Position numbers and translations under genes: made by a program
In this document: piece by piece, positions 8,396-18,027 of the stretch
Position numbering within the stretch: the first letter of the stretch is position 1
Layout: every line of letters begins with the position of its first letter
Notes under the pieces: model-generated
The model's input: only the letters and a program-made list of their open reading frames with translations
Database searches by the model: none
Told to the model about the DNA's origin: nothing
NCBI GenBank assembly: GCA_038318015.1
Contig: JBBQBU010000001.1
Location: 1-45,277, forward strand
Length of the DNA stretch: 45,277 bases
Direction of reading: 5' to 3'
Origin: Chloroflexota bacterium
GTDB taxonomy: Bacteria; Chloroflexota; UBA6077; JACCZL01

Positions 8396-10702
8396 ATGAC
8401 AACGAGTGCTGAGCTTGTCCGGCGCATGACGTGGGCCGGTCCCAACGCCGCCGACCCCGAATCGCTGCTGCACCGCGAATGGCTCGTAACGAACGGTCTG
8501 GGCGGTTCGGCCTCGGGCACGGTGGCCGGCGTGATCACGCGCCAGCATCACGGCTTGCTGGTGGCGGCCCTGCCAGCACCGAACGGCCGCACGGTGATGT
8601 TGAGCCACCTGTACGAGCGGCTGCGCCTCCCGGACGGCACGTTGCTGGCGTTCGGCGGCGACGATCGAGAAGGCCATGCCATCGAAGTGCCTGCCGTGAA
8701 TCACCTGGTGGAGCTGCGGCTTGAACAGGGGCTGCCGGTCTGGCGCTACGACGTGCAGGGCTACATTCTGGAGAAGCGGCTCGTACTGCCGCACCTTCAG
8801 AACACCGTACATGTCACCTACTCGCTGCTGTCCGCGCCTGGGCCGGCCCGCCTTGAACTTCGGCCTTCCGTCAACTTCCGGCCGCACGAGCACGCCGTTG
8901 ACCGGCCGCTCGGCGCACCCTACACGCTCTCAGCGGTCGGGCAGCGCTACGAGATCACGGGTCCGACAGAGTTGCCGCCGCTGCGCCTGTTCACCTACGG
9001 CCAGGGCAGCGCGTTGACGCTGGACGGCGGCGTCGTCCGCACGGTGCGCTACCGCATCGAAGAGAGCCGAGGGTACACGTCGCGCGGGGAACTGTGGAGC
9101 CCGGGCTACTTCTCCGTTGACCTGATCCCCGACCAGTTCGTCGGGGTGTCCGATGGCCTTGACGACGAGCGAGCCAACCAACTGGACGACGACGACGACA
9201 GTGACGGCGATTTCCTGTCTCTCGGCGCAGTAAACGTGGCCGACGATGAGGCCACACGGATGATCGGCGCGCTCCACAGCCGACGTGCGCGTCTGCCCGA
9301 CCTCGTGAGTCGACCAGGCCGGGCGTCGCACCTGGGGAACCGACGACCTCGCCTCTGGGAACCCGGCCCGCTGGCGACCACGCCGACGCTTGAGCATCAG
9401 GTGACGCTGGTCGCCTCCACCGAATCGTGGGAGACGATCATGGCGCTCCGACCAGACGAGTCGGAGCGCGCCGAGCATCTGCGCCGCGAGCGGCTGATGC
9501 GGGCGGCACCACGCAGTACGCAGGCCGGCCTCGCCGCCGAGTTGGTGCTGGCGGCCGACCAGTTCATCATCAAGCCGGCCGGGCGTGCCGAGGATATGGC
9601 CCGCGCCCACGCCTCAGGCGATGAGGTCCACACGGTTATCGCCGGCTATCCCTGGTTCACGGACTGGGGCCGCGACACGATGATTAGCCTGGAAGGGCTG
9701 ACCCTGACCACTGGCCGCTGGGCCGAGGCTGGCCATATTCTGCGGATGTTCGCCCGCCACGTGCGGGACGGCCTGATCCCGAACATGTTCCCGGAAGGCG
9801 AGCGCGACGGCCTCTACCACACAGCCGACGCGACGCTCTGGTTCTTCCATGCCCTGCACCGCTACGTCGAGACAACTGGCGACCGCCGCACATTGAGCCT
9901 CTTGCTGCCGAAACTCCAGGACATCGTCGAACACCACCTGCGGGGCACGCGCTTTGGCATCGGGGTGGACGCCAGGGACGGCCTGCTGACGCAGGGTGCG
10001 GACGGCTACCAGTTGACCTGGATGGACGCGAAGGTCGATGACTGGGTGGTGACACCTCGGCGGGGCAAGGCCGTCGAGATTAACGCGCTCTGGTACAACG
10101 CGCTCCGCCTGCTGAGTGGCTGGCTCACGGAGGCCGGCGACACCGACGCCAGCGCCAGCATCGAGGCGCACGCCGACCGTGCACGAACGTCGTTCAATAG
10201 CCGCTTCTGGTACGAGGCTGGCGGACACCTGTACGACATTGTGGATGGGGAGGCTGGCGACGACGCGGCCTGCCGGCCGAATCAGGTCTTCGCGATCTCA
10301 TTGGACCATCCGGTGCTGGATCAGTCGCGCTGGGCACCGGTGATGGACGTGGTCCGCAAGCGGCTGCTCACGCCGGTTGGGCTGCGGTCGCTGGCACCGG
10401 GGCATCCTGACTACAAGGCGCACTACGACGGCGACTTGCGCTCGCGGGACGCCGCATACCACCAGGGGACCGTCTGGGGCTGGCTGGCCGGGCCGTACGT
10501 TGACGCCTGGCTCAAGTCCTACCCCGACGATATCGCTGGCGCCCGGCAGGCATTGAGCGGCTTCGAGGCACACCTCGGGGAAGCGTGCCTGGGCACCATC
10601 AGCGAAATCTTCGATGCGGAGCCGCCATACACCCCGCGCGGCTGCGTGGCACAGGCCTGGAGCGTGGCCGAGGTGCTGCGCGCGCTCGTCCGCATCGCCT
10701 GA
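8396..10702 (+). CDS. amylo-alpha-1,6-glucosidase / glycogen debranching enzyme (GDE_C, GH133-type)
   Basis: GYPWFTDWGRDTMISLEGL, GLIPNMFPE and YHTADATLWFF are characteristic of the GDE_C (alpha/alpha)6 barrel, preceded by an N-terminal GDE_N-like domain. Confidence 0.85.
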   Translation: MTTSAELVRRMTWAGPNAADPESLLHREWLVTNGLGGSASGTVAGVITRQHHGLLVAALPAPNGRTVMLSHLYERLRLPDGTLLAFGGDDREGHAIEVPAVNHLVELRLEQGLPVWRYDVQGYILEKRLVLPHLQNTVHVTYSLLSAPGPARLELRPSVNFRPHEHAVDRPLGAPYTLSAVGQRYEITGPTELPPLRLFTYGQGSALTLDGGVVRTVRYRIEESRGYTSRGELWSPGYFSVDLIPDQFVGVSDGLDDERANQLDDDDDSDGDFLSLGAVNVADDEATRMIGALHSRRARLPDLVSRPGRASHLGNRRPRLWEPGPLATTPTLEHQVTLVASTESWETIMALRPDESERAEHLRRERLMRAAPRSTQAGLAAELVLAADQFIIKPAGRAEDMARAHASGDEVHTVIAGYPWFTDWGRDTMISLEGLTLTTGRWAEAGHILRMFARHVRDGLIPNMFPEGERDGLYHTADATLWFFHALHRYVETTGDRRTLSLLLPKLQDIVEHHLRGTRFGIGVDARDGLLTQGADGYQLTWMDAKVDDWVVTPRRGKAVEINALWYNALRLLSGWLTEAGDTDASASIEAHADRARTSFNSRFWYEAGGHLYDIVDGEAGDDAACRPNQVFAISLDHPVLDQSRWAPVMDVVRKRLLTPVGLRSLAPGHPDYKAHYDGDLRSRDAAYHQGTVWGWLAGPYVDAWLKSYPDDIAGARQALSGFEAHLGEACLGTISEIFDAEPPYTPRGCVAQAWSVAEVLRALVRIA

Positions 10703-10742
10703 CGCCGCCGGCCGCCCATGACCGCCGGGGCCGGGCGCCGCA

Positions 10743-12131
10743 TCAGGCGGCAGCGCGGCCCCGCGCCGTCTGCCACAGGTTCCAGCCCAGGCACGCGATA
10801 GCGGCCAACCCGAGCATGCCAGATAGGCCCAACAGCCCCAGCGACACCCGCGACGACGGCAACAGCAGCGGGGCGACACGGAACAGGACGGCCGCATTCC
10901 CGAGCCAGAGGGTGGCCCAGGTCAACCGCACCGAGTACAGCTTCTGCCCCAAAAAGCCTGGCAGCATGCGCACAGACATCCCCAGGATCAGCAGCGTGAC
11001 GAGGCCGGCACCGAGCGCGTGGCGTTCAGCGTCCTGCGGCGGCTGCCAGCCGACACCCCATCGCGCCAGCCCGTCGAGCACCAGCATCACCCCGGCTACG
11101 CCGAGCCAGCCGTACGCCGTGAAGATCAGCCAGGAAGACCCTCGCAGATCATGCAGCATCGTCAACTGCGTCTTGCCGGGCAGTTCGCGCTTGGTGCGCT
11201 GGAACGGCACGTCTAGGCTGATCATCAGCGCCAGGAAAGACAGCCCCAGGAGGACCGCGCCCAGCGCCGGCAGCATATCGAGCGGCGGGGCCAGTTCGAG
11301 GAGGAACGTCATGCGGAGGAGGAAGCCGGCCAGAAATGCCGCGAAGATGCCGTACAGCTCACGTGGCGGCGGCACGCGCAACTGGAGATAAAGCGGGAAG
11401 GTGCGCGCTGACACGGCAGCCGAGATCGACACCAGCATGCCGACGAGTCCAAACTGCACGATCAGCCAGTCCGCGCCGCCCGGCACGAGGCCGGTCGCCT
11501 GGGCGTCGGTGGCGAGGCTGACGGCATTCAACGTCAGCGCCAGCAGCAGCGACACCAGGAACGTGAGCGTGAACGGCAGCACGGCCACCAGCCCTGCGCG
11601 GTGGCGCAGGGCCGGGCCGTGGCGCGCCGTCGCGATCAACGCCCCGACGGCCAGTGCGACGCCGGCCAGCTCGGCCACGCCCGACAGCGCCAGCCCAACG
11701 CCCGCGACGTTTCGGCCGGTGCCGGGCGCAAGCAGCGCGACGGTCGGCTGGGTCAGCGCGCGCAGCGTCAGGCCGCCGCCGACGAGCCACGCCGAGATCC
11801 GGACGGCCGTTGGTGATGGCGGCGGGCAGCCACGCAAGCGCGGCAAGAAGTGGAGCGCCACCCCCAGGGCGAACATCCCGCCCCAGCCGAACAGTTGCAC
11901 GTGGCCGTGCGCTTGCGCCGCCGCTACCCACCACAGACCAGATGCCTGACCGGCCGCCAGATGGAAGAACAGCGCCGTGCCCTGCCCAAGACCTGCCGTC
12001 AGCGACAGCCCGATCGCCCACCAGATGTACGGCAATGACGGCATCCGCTCATAGATGGAGCGGCGCGGCGCGGCGGCCACCGGTTCCCGTTCGCCGACGC
12101 CCTGTCGTGTACGCCGGGGCTGTTGTGTCAT
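10743..12131 (-). CDS. NnrS-family-like polytopic membrane protein
   Basis: About 12 predicted TM segments. HGHVQLFGWGGMFALGVALHFLP, ARTFPLYL / VRMLPGFLG and ERHALGAGLVTLLILGMSVR resemble the conserved His/Arg-Pro motifs of NnrS. Start trimmed to ATG 12131, which has a purine-rich SD (GGGAGGGGATGGGAG) upstream. Confidence 0.5.
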   Translation of the reverse strand: MTQQPRRTRQGVGEREPVAAAPRRSIYERMPSLPYIWWAIGLSLTAGLGQGTALFFHLAAGQASGLWWVAAAQAHGHVQLFGWGGMFALGVALHFLPRLRGCPPPSPTAVRISAWLVGGGLTLRALTQPTVALLAPGTGRNVAGVGLALSGVAELAGVALAVGALIATARHGPALRHRAGLVAVLPFTLTFLVSLLLALTLNAVSLATDAQATGLVPGGADWLIVQFGLVGMLVSISAAVSARTFPLYLQLRVPPPRELYGIFAAFLAGFLLRMTFLLELAPPLDMLPALGAVLLGLSFLALMISLDVPFQRTKRELPGKTQLTMLHDLRGSSWLIFTAYGWLGVAGVMLVLDGLARWGVGWQPPQDAERHALGAGLVTLLILGMSVRMLPGFLGQKLYSVRLTWATLWLGNAAVLFRVAPLLLPSSRVSLGLLGLSGMLGLAAIACLGWNLWQTARGRAAA

Positions 12132-12312
12132 CTCCCATCCCCTCCCAGACGAGTGTGCCGGTCTGGCCAGCTTCCTCGCAGTCCCACATGCGCCTCGCCG
12201 CCAGCCGCCTGCACGCCCAGCCGCCAGCACTCCCAGCCGCCAGCCGCGCCGTGTCGTTGTCGGCCGGCGCGACATCGACAGGCCGCTGGCATGACCAGTA
12301 TGCTCCTTCGCC

Positions 12313-13857
12313 ATGGTTTCGTCCGAGCACGCCGCTGTGCGCAGCCTCGCACACGCCGTCTTCCGCCGCTGGTTCACGCTGCTGGCGGCGGCAACGGTTG
12401 TCTCGGCGTTGGCGACATGGTTCCTGTTCGTCTACGGCGCGCAGCCGCTCATCGAAGACTCTCACGGCTACTATGCCCTGGGCGTCACGATCTCGCAGGT
12501 TGGGGTGGCGGACTTTATTGCCGTAGCCCACGGGCGGCGCACTTACGGCTATCCGCTGGTCATCGCCGCCATCGTCGATGTCGTTGGCACCGACCCCGCC
12601 ACCGTGCAGGCGTGGATCGCGGTCGTGCAGTGGATCGCCCACATTGCTGTCAGTGCGCTGTTCGCCTGGCGCATCAGTCAAGTGGTCGGCCTGGCACGGT
12701 ATGGCCCGCTGGTCTACCTCGCCTGCGTCGGGCACCCGAGCGTCCTGGCAAACGTCGCGACGCTCCTCACTGATGCTCTTTCTGCAACCGCGTTGCTTGC
12801 CGTAGCTGCAATGGTTGTGCCGGTTGGCACTGGGACACCGGTCCGGTGGAGTCTGGCGCTGTCCGCGCTACTGGCTGCCACGGCGACCATCATTCGGCCC
12901 GCGAATCTGATCATCCTGCTGGCCCTGCCCGTCGCGTGGGGTGCGCGCGCGTGGCTCCTGCGGGATGTTCCAATTCGGGCGCTTGTGCTGGCCGTCGCCG
13001 TGGTTGGCCTCCCGTTCATCCCGCAGATGGTCGCCAACAGCCGAGCGTCCGGCATACCAAACCCGATCCTGACGAACGACCTGTATGGGCGCGTCACCAC
13101 GAACACCATGACCCGACTGAAGTACGGCACACTTGCCATTGAGGGCACACCGCCCCGACTCCGGTACTTCAATCCATTCGTAGGGGACATCACGCAATCG
13201 TCAGCGGACACCTTGCGCGAAACACCTGCAATTTACGTGCTGACGCTGGTGCTCCACCTGTTCACGGTTCTAGACCAGGACTATCTCTTTACCTATATCA
13301 CGGAACTGCACCCGCCGTATCGTCTACCTCTGGCATTCTTTCACCAGACGTTTCTCCTCGTTGCGGTCTGGGGATTTCTGGTCGGCCTCCGTGCCGCTGC
13401 AACGCGCCGCACGCGCTGTGCGCTCGGTGCGCTGGTGTTGCTCATGGCGGCGTACCTGGCGGTCTACCTGCCGACTTTGCCCGAGAATCGGTTCGGCATC
13501 CCCGTCTTTCTGATGGCGACTCCGGGCTTCGTCATTGGCGTCTACGACGTGGCCGCCAGGCTCCGCCCGCCCCGACCTCGAACAACGTGGTACCTGCTGA
13601 TTGCCTGGCTGGTACTCCTCACCGGCGGCCTCAACTTGCATCAGTGGGTGCGCGATCAATCCCCGACGCTCCGCGGCGAGCCACCCACAGCCCAGTTCGC
13701 TCCCCCGACACCGGCCCTGCCCTCAGGCGGCGCGCGACCACACAGCAGAATTCTCAGCGATCATTCCGACGAGCCGTCGTCGGTGGGAAGCCCGGTCGTC
13801 GGTGCTGATACGCACGGCGCAACGTCACGCCCGGCAACCCTGGTATCTTCATGGTAG
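12313..13857 (+). CDS. GT-C fold membrane glycosyltransferase (PMT_2/ArnT-like)
   Basis: More than 10 TM segments. An early periplasmic-loop motif EDSHGYYALG (D/E-x-x-x-Y type) and RRTYGYPLVIA are typical of GT39/GT83-like enzymes. The C-terminal tail is Pro/Ser-rich. Confidence 0.5.
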   Translation: MVSSEHAAVRSLAHAVFRRWFTLLAAATVVSALATWFLFVYGAQPLIEDSHGYYALGVTISQVGVADFIAVAHGRRTYGYPLVIAAIVDVVGTDPATVQAWIAVVQWIAHIAVSALFAWRISQVVGLARYGPLVYLACVGHPSVLANVATLLTDALSATALLAVAAMVVPVGTGTPVRWSLALSALLAATATIIRPANLIILLALPVAWGARAWLLRDVPIRALVLAVAVVGLPFIPQMVANSRASGIPNPILTNDLYGRVTTNTMTRLKYGTLAIEGTPPRLRYFNPFVGDITQSSADTLRETPAIYVLTLVLHLFTVLDQDYLFTYITELHPPYRLPLAFFHQTFLLVAVWGFLVGLRAAATRRTRCALGALVLLMAAYLAVYLPTLPENRFGIPVFLMATPGFVIGVYDVAARLRPPRPRTTWYLLIAWLVLLTGGLNLHQWVRDQSPTLRGEPPTAQFAPPTPALPSGGARPHSRILSDHSDEPSSVGSPVVGADTHGATSRPATLVSSW

Positions 13858-14234
13858 GTCGAACTGGCGAGCGGGCGGCGATCCGCTCGTAGTGGCAGCG
13901 CGGCAGATGCGGCTGCGCGCCTGAGTCGCAATCGCTCGGTGAGATGTACTCGCAGCGTCGTCGGCCGGCTGCCTGACCTGTCCCGATGGTCAGGGGTCGC
14001 CCCTGCCAAACGAGTCAGTATCGCGACTGTCAGTAGTCACGGCGCGGCGTCGCTACACAAGCGTGCACAACTTCTCAGAAGGCAACGGGGCGCGCCGGAC
14101 CCCGCCGGCACTCGCATGAGAGCCTGACGAGCACGAAAGCCGCGCGGTACGTGCCACCCTCAGCATTGCACACATGTGGTGCGGTGTCACGCCGCACGCG
14201 CTGACCACCAATCCAGCCCGAAGGATAGGACCTG

Positions 14235-16160
14235 ATGGATATCGGTACATGGATGGCGCTTGAAAGCGCGATGCAGGGCGACCAGCCGCACCGTGGCATC
14301 AACCGCGCCACGCTGCGCCGAATCGCAGAGTTCGCTCGGCCGCACCGCCGGGCACTCGTCGTCTTCCTGATCCTCAGCATCCTGTCGGCGGTGCTTTCGG
14401 TGGCGACGCCGGTGCTGGCGGGCCGCGTAGTGGACGCCATCGTCGGCGGCGGCAGCACGACAATGGTGGTCGGCATTGCCATCGTCATCGCAGTCATCGC
14501 GGTGGTTGAGGCGGGAGTCGGGCTGGCCGGCCGGTGGCAGTCGTCGCGCATCGGCGAGGGGCTGATTCTCGACCTGCGGACGGCGGTCTTCGCACACGTC
14601 CAGCGGATGCCGATTGCGTTCTTCACCCGCACCCGCACCGGCGCGCTGGTAAGCCGCCTCAACAACGATGTCATCGGTGCACAGCGCGCCTTTAGCTCGA
14701 CGCTCGCCAGCGTCGTCAGCAACGTGATTGCGCTGGCCCTGACCCTGGCGGTGATGATCGGTCTGTCCTGGCAGGTGACGCTGCTGGCGCTGCTGCTGCT
14801 ACCAGTCTTTGTGATCCCTGCCCGGCGCATGGGGAACAAGTTGGCTGGGCTGGAGCGCGAAGCCTCGACGCACAACGCCGCGATGCTCAGCCAGATGACC
14901 GAGCGGTTCTCGGCACCGGGCGCGACGCTGGTCAAGCTGTACGGCCGCCCGGACGACGAAATTGGCGAGTTCAGCCACCGCGCTGCCCGCGTTCGCGACA
15001 TTGGCGTGCAGACGGCCATGTCCCAGTGGATCTTCATCACGGCGCTCACGCTGGTATCGGCGCTCGCCCTGGCGCTGGTCTACGGCCTCGGCGGCTACCT
15101 GGCCCTCACCGGACAACTGGACGCCGGCAGCGTCGTCACGCTGGCGCTGCTGCTGACCCGCCTGTACAGCCCGCTCACGGCCCTGGCGAGCGCGCGGGTG
15201 GACGTGATGGCGGCGCTGGTCAGCTTCGAGCGCGTCTTTGAGGTGCTGGACATCCAGCCGCTCATCACCGAGCGACCGAACGCCGGGCCGCTTCCGCCCG
15301 CGCCCGTCTCGGTGGAATTCGACAACGTGTTCTTCAGCTACCCGGCCGCCGACAAAGTATCGTTGGCGTCGCTGGAAGAGGTCGCGAGCCTGGACACGCG
15401 CGGCGGCGACGAGGTGCTACACGGCGTCTCGTTCAGGGCCGAGCCGGGCCAGTTGATCGCACTGGTCGGGTCGTCAGGGGCGGGGAAGTCCACCATCGCC
15501 TCGCTCGCGCCACGCCTCTATGACGTGGATAGCGGCACGGTCCGCCTGGCCGGCACCGACGTGCGCGACCTGACGTTCGACGCCATCCGGGGGGCGCTCG
15601 GCATGGTCACGCAAGACGGCCACCTGTTCCACGAGTCCGTCCGGGCCAACTTGCTGTTCGCGCGCCCGGAGGCCACGGACTCGGAGATCTGGGACGCGCT
15701 GCGCCGTGCCCGCCTCGACACCCTGATCTTGACGCTGCCGGATGGCCTGAACACCGTCGTTGGCGAGCGCGGCTACCGGCTGTCCGGCGGCGAGCGGCAG
15801 CGCCTGACCATCGCGCGGCTGCTGCTGGCCCAGCCTCGCGTGGTCATTCTGGACGAGGCGACCGCGCACCTGGACTCGGTGTCCGAAGCGGCGGTGCAGG
15901 AGGCCATCGTCGAGGCGCTGGCGGGCCGCACAGCGCTGGTGATCGCCCACCGGCTGTCAACGATCCGTGCCGCCGACATGATCCTGGTGATCGAGGCCGG
16001 GCGCATCGTCGAGCGCGGCACGCACCTCGAGCTACTCGCAGCCGACGGGCGCTACGCCGAACTGTACCGGACGCAGTTTGCGCCCGCCGCCGAGGTCAGC
16101 CCGAACGGTCACCAGGATCGGGCGGAACTCAGTGCGGGGTCGTCTCACCCTGGCGCCTGA
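14235..16160 (+). CDS. ABC exporter, fused TMD-NBD (MsbA/type IV exporter-like)
   Basis: Six-TM ABC_membrane domain followed by Walker A GSSGAGKST, signature LSGGERQR, Walker B VVILDEATAHLD and an H-loop IAHRL. GAAGGA Shine-Dalgarno upstream. Confidence 0.9.
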   Translation: MDIGTWMALESAMQGDQPHRGINRATLRRIAEFARPHRRALVVFLILSILSAVLSVATPVLAGRVVDAIVGGGSTTMVVGIAIVIAVIAVVEAGVGLAGRWQSSRIGEGLILDLRTAVFAHVQRMPIAFFTRTRTGALVSRLNNDVIGAQRAFSSTLASVVSNVIALALTLAVMIGLSWQVTLLALLLLPVFVIPARRMGNKLAGLEREASTHNAAMLSQMTERFSAPGATLVKLYGRPDDEIGEFSHRAARVRDIGVQTAMSQWIFITALTLVSALALALVYGLGGYLALTGQLDAGSVVTLALLLTRLYSPLTALASARVDVMAALVSFERVFEVLDIQPLITERPNAGPLPPAPVSVEFDNVFFSYPAADKVSLASLEEVASLDTRGGDEVLHGVSFRAEPGQLIALVGSSGAGKSTIASLAPRLYDVDSGTVRLAGTDVRDLTFDAIRGALGMVTQDGHLFHESVRANLLFARPEATDSEIWDALRRARLDTLILTLPDGLNTVVGERGYRLSGGERQRLTIARLLLAQPRVVILDEATAHLDSVSEAAVQEAIVEALAGRTALVIAHRLSTIRAADMILVIEAGRIVERGTHLELLAADGRYAELYRTQFAPAAEVSPNGHQDRAELSAGSSHPGA

Positions 16161-16208
16161 CGACATCGGGGTTGCCGGCGTGCTGGCCGCTCGCCATCAT
16201 GTCAACGC

Positions 16209-17861
16209 ATGAGCATACCACGTCCGCGCAACCTGAACGTCCGTGCGCGGATCGCGGAGGCGCGCGTCACGGCCGCCGAACTGCTAGACGACGCCGGGAT
16301 TGCCGCCAACTTCGCGCGCGACCTGCCGGGATGGGTCCGGCAGACGGTCACGGTCGACGCAGCAGCGCGAGACATCCGGGAGCGGCTGGCTACACGGGAT
16401 CAACGTTTCCTGGCGAACGCCGCCCGCCTGATCTACGCCGTGCCGGATAGCCCGTACCGCGCGCTGCTGCGGCTCGCCGGCTGCGAGTTGGGCGACCTCC
16501 GAACGCTGGTCGGGCGCGACGGCCTGAACGGCGCCCTGGCCGTACTCGCGCAAGGCGGCGTGTACGTGACCCTAGATGAATTGAAGGGACGCGCGGACGC
16601 CGTGCGCGGCAGTCAGCGGTTCCGCTTCCGCCGCGAGCAGTTCGACAATCGCCAGATTCGGGCACATGTAGTCATCTATTCCGGCGGCACGCGGGGACGC
16701 CCGACGCGCATCCGGCGGTCGCTGGCCCTGCTCGACCACGCCGCCGCGACCACCGCCGTCGTCCTGGCGGCCCACCGCCTGCACAACCCTCAGCACGTCC
16801 TCTGGCTAACCGGCCCGATTGGCTGGCTCCTCGCGTACACGCGCATCGGCCAGACTCCGACGCACTGGTTCCACCCGTTGTCGCCATTGCCACGGCGCGT
16901 GCGGCTGGGGGCACAGGCCTTGCGCAACTACGGCCGACTGATCGGCGTCTCATTCCCAGTGCCGCAGTACGCCGACCTCCAACAACCGGAGCGACTGGCC
17001 GCGTGGCTCGCCCGGCAGCGCGACGGCAGCCGTCCGCTGGTCGTGACGACGATCGCCAGCGCAGCCACGCGGGTCGCCATCGCTGCCCGCGAGCGCGGCA
17101 TGGCCCTCGACCACGTTGCCTTCAACCTGACCAGCGAGCCGACGACGACCGCCCGACACGCCCACATAGTAACCTCAGGTGCGGGGGCCATCGTCCACTA
17201 CGCTGCCCGCGAAGCCCCGAACCTGACCTACTCGTGCGCGACGCCTGACGCCGTTGATGACGTGCACGTCATGACGGACTGTTACGCCATGATCGCGCAC
17301 CAGCGTCCCGCTGCCGCTGACCGCCCGCCGACGAATGCGCTGTTGATGACCTCGCTATCGGCGGCGGCGTCAACGATCCTGCTGAACACCGAACTTGGCG
17401 ACGCCGGGCACCTGACGGCACGTGCGTGCGGCTGTGCCCTCGGCGCGCTCGGCCTGACGACGCACCTGCGCGAGATCCGGAGTTTCGAGAAGCTGACCGG
17501 CGAGGGCGTGACGTTCGGGACCGGCGCGCTTGAGCACCTCATCGAACAGGTCTTGCCGGCCCGCTTCGGTGGAACCAGCATGGACTACCAGATCGTGGAG
17601 TATCAGGCCGCCGACAGCTTCACGCGGGTCAGCATCCGGGTACACCCAGCGGTTGGGGCGATTGACGAGGCAGCAGTCGTCGCCTCCGCCCTGGCCGAAC
17701 TGGAGCGCGGCAGCATGATAGACCACCACCAGGCGGCGCTGTGGCGGGCGGCCGGCACCGTGTCAGTGGTGCGGCAGCCACCGCTCGCATCGGCCGTGGG
17801 CAAGGTGCTGCCGTTCCACTTCGTGCGGCACACCCTCGACAACCCACGTTCCGTTCGCTAG
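16209..17861 (+). CDS. hypothetical protein, PaaK/CapK/F390-synthetase-like adenylate-forming enzyme (tentative)
   Basis: YSGGTRGRPT (nt 16680-16706) resembles the ANL P-loop (S/T)SGTTGKPT. A C-terminal AVGKVLPF resembles the A10 Gly-Lys motif. Third positions are GC-rich throughout. No clear SD, so the start is uncertain. Confidence 0.4.
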   Translation: MSIPRPRNLNVRARIAEARVTAAELLDDAGIAANFARDLPGWVRQTVTVDAAARDIRERLATRDQRFLANAARLIYAVPDSPYRALLRLAGCELGDLRTLVGRDGLNGALAVLAQGGVYVTLDELKGRADAVRGSQRFRFRREQFDNRQIRAHVVIYSGGTRGRPTRIRRSLALLDHAAATTAVVLAAHRLHNPQHVLWLTGPIGWLLAYTRIGQTPTHWFHPLSPLPRRVRLGAQALRNYGRLIGVSFPVPQYADLQQPERLAAWLARQRDGSRPLVVTTIASAATRVAIAARERGMALDHVAFNLTSEPTTTARHAHIVTSGAGAIVHYAAREAPNLTYSCATPDAVDDVHVMTDCYAMIAHQRPAAADRPPTNALLMTSLSAAASTILLNTELGDAGHLTARACGCALGALGLTTHLREIRSFEKLTGEGVTFGTGALEHLIEQVLPARFGGTSMDYQIVEYQAADSFTRVSIRVHPAVGAIDEAAVVASALAELERGSMIDHHQAALWRAAGTVSVVRQPPLASAVGKVLPFHFVRHTLDNPRSVR

Positions 17862-18027
17862 CCACGCACCCACCGGTCAGGCAGCCGGCGGAAGATGCCG
17901 GGTGGCTGGAGCGGCTATCATGCCGCGCTCGGACCCGCCAGTATGGCGCGCTCGAGCGGCCCCACGCCGATGGTGGCGCGTCGGGGCGTCGCGACACGCG
18001 TGGCACTCTGCCGCTCAGGATGGGCAC

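Noticed and set aside
13858-14234. 377-nt leader upstream of the ABC exporter considered as a riboswitch or a small precursor-peptide ORF (13939..14127, 14053..14250).
   Set aside because: I could not recognise any conserved riboswitch core (TPP, SAM, cobalamin, c-di-AMP). The small ORFs are Arg-rich, lack an SD and have poor codon bias. Only a short CCTGACC/GGTCAGG hairpin (about 13970-13995) is visible.
17902-18027. N-terminal extensions in the ORF track: tcuA from 17902, permease from 2876, ThDP enzyme to 26689, GT4 from 29363, zinc-ribbon from 30718, murC from 39413, ftsQ from 41862, NnrS-like to 12377.
   Set aside because: The extensions are Arg/Pro-rich, overlap upstream genes or terminators, and are not part of the conserved family N-termini. 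Internal starts with Shine-Dalgarno sequences or ATGA/GTGA coupling fit better.
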